Shown: positions 62,301 to 64,000 of the stretch, piece by piece
How positions within the stretch are numbered: position 1 is the stretch's first letter
Layout: the number at the start of each line of letters is the position of its first letter
DNA from: Reclinomonas americana ATCC 50394
Lineage: Eukaryota
Length of the DNA: 64,000 nt
Assembly (NCBI GenBank): GCA_048213135.1
Contig: PS015014.1
Location: forward strand, 219,787 to 283,786
Reading direction: 5' to 3'
Notes under the pieces: generated by a model
What the model was told of the DNA's origin: nothing
Databases searched by the model: none
The model's input: the letters and a program-made list of their open reading frames with translations, nothing else
Position numbers and translations under genes: made by a program

Positions 62301-64000
62301 CCACGCACGCACTTGGTCGACGTGATTCCTGTTCGTGGTTCATAAAATGGTGAGTGATTTCCCCACAAGGAATGCTGGCAGTCATCGACACGCACTTGAG
62401 GCGCTGCTGACCGGCAGCCGCCGCATCAGTGTCCACAGGCGCTGGACTGTCCTCTCCAGAGTGCTGCCCAGAGTCATCATCGTCGTCGTCGTCAAACATC
62501 TCTGTGTCCTCTTGCGATGCCAGCGCATAATTCAGCGCTCCTTCCCCTCCGCCACTCTGACTGCCAGCGTCCTCTCCGGCACTCCCCTCTGCACACGTCA
62601 CATCCACCAGAGCTCCAACGGCATCGAACAAAAATGCCGAAAGCTGCTCGAGCTGTTTTTGCCAGCATGTTAGCTTGTGCATGACTCCGAGACGACTACG
62701 AGGTCACTGAACCTGCTCACGCATTGCCTTGTCGGCGGTGGCTGAGGAGGCCAATGCCGCACGATAGGCCTGAACGGCACATTCCAACAGCATGCTTAAC
62801 CGGCGGCGATGTGTGGCCGATTGCATGCGGATGCACTGCTGGGTGGCCTTTCGTACCGAGCCGCCCATGTAACGCACGACACCGCGGAAAACCTTGCACA
62901 GCAACTGCGGAACCTCATCCCGACTTGCACCGCTGTCGATTTCGCTGCACAGCTCACTGAAGGCGGTGATCAGCGGTTCGAGACGCTCAACTGCACACGC
63001 CATGGATGAGTGGAAATGAGAAGAAAGTTGTGACCAGCAAAGCAGCGGGTGACAAGATTTTGCGCACTTGTGGCCTCACACTCATCCACGCTGTCGTCCA
63101 ACGATGACCCGGTCAGCTCCTCCAACGTGACCGCCAGTGACCATATCAGTACGCGCGACTACACATCACACACATGTAAGCAAAACATGTCGTTGCTCCA
63201 GTGTTGCTCCCGCCTGCACCACGCAACATCAGTGCCGAGCCCCTCCACCCAATTCTGCCAATGGGAACTGCTCGAGGCGCTTCTCCACACGGTACTGGCG
63301 TGCTCGAGGCAGCGAAGCATGGGCATGACAGTGGTGGGAACCGCAGACAACAGCGGCTGACCGAGTTTGAAAAGCTGATCGTAAAACGCAGCACACACGC
63401 TCCACACTGCGCATTGGATCTGGTCAGTCACACGAAACGAATCATAATGAGACACACCCAGACACGCACCGGCGGATGTGGCCGGCGCCTTTTGTGTCAG
63501 AAAGAGGGCGTACTTGAGACCCTGTTCGAAGAACACAGGGTCGGTGCCCTCTGAGTTGCCCGCCAGCACATGGTCGACGTGAAACTGCAAGCCGAGCAAG
63601 CGAAGGCGAGCGGGTAAAGGGAGCACTGGAACTGCGTCGCCTTTCCGCCGCTTTCCACCGCCGCTCTTGCTACTGCTTGCAGTCGACGACGCGGGTATGG
63701 CAGGAAGATCTGCACACGCGTCGGAGGCTGAGGCACACTTGAAAGCAATCCTAAACATGGCGTCCAACTCGCGCATGCTGTCGGGAGAGCCGGCGGTTCT
63801 TGAACGCAGTTGCAGCCATTCGGCGGCCTGCATGAGAGCAGTCTCTGCAGCCGTAAGGTCGTCAGGAGTTGCTGCACCGGCTGCGGCCTTGGCCCACTGC
63901 AGAAGTGCAGTCACGACCAGAGCGCTGTACGAGTTGGTGTCCGTGACCGCTGCGTCGTCATCGAAAGAGAGTGAGTGAAGCAGACTCTCTCTTCCCTTTC
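56342..64000 (-). CDS. ESP1: Separase (peptidase C50); 5' part continues beyond the window
   Basis: WWSAREVLD; LQPLPLESMP; FYILNPHGDL; YFGHGAGERYL (catalytic His); LLIGCSSGRL (catalytic Cys); VGNLWDVTDRDID; GAAAVCYGVP; long helical N-terminal exons upstream. Confidence 0.93.

Noticed and set aside
1-64000. Alternative genetic code or stop-codon readthrough
   Set aside because: In the genes I traced, in-frame stops fall inside introns, and TAA, TAG and TGA all terminate genes.
1-64000. U12-type introns, CRISPR arrays, transposase or RT genes, rRNA
   Set aside because: By eye I found no RTATCCTT donors, no spaced direct-repeat array, and no transposase, RT or rRNA motifs.

Overview
Gene-dense, GC-rich (by eye) eukaryotic scaffold from a probably flagellated protist, using the standard genetic code (TAA, TAG and TGA all act as stops). 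Genes carry many short spliceosomal introns (mostly 55-100 nt) and (CA)n/(CT)n microsatellites, and there are eight N gaps. Gene models were assembled by hand from GT/GC-AG boundaries. In order: ATG101-like 3' end, FSH1/OVCA2 hydrolase, PLAC8 protein, a 14-kb GGA/FxxN beta-helix-repeat multi-TM surface protein, a coiled-coil protein, a PH-domain protein, glucosidase II alpha, ASNSD1, an SDR, a second PH protein, SRRM1, C12orf4/FERRY3-like, an OSCA/TMEM63 channel, HAT1, a bacterial-type cyclophilin, kinesin-7, a CFAP144-like ciliary protein, TMEM53-like and separase. Most notable observations: (1) two 3-nt micro-exons, each adding one Gly to the GG motif of the beta-helix protein; (2) a frequent 5' splice-site class with an extra T at +3 (GTTGCG, GTTGAG, GTTACG); (3) introns pinned to the GG motif of the repeat; (4) an intergenic cluster of hairpins that looks like an unannotated structured RNA; (5) a duplicated PTS1-bearing gene tail; (6) several contigs that look mis-oriented. 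All family calls are from remembered motifs, not database searches.
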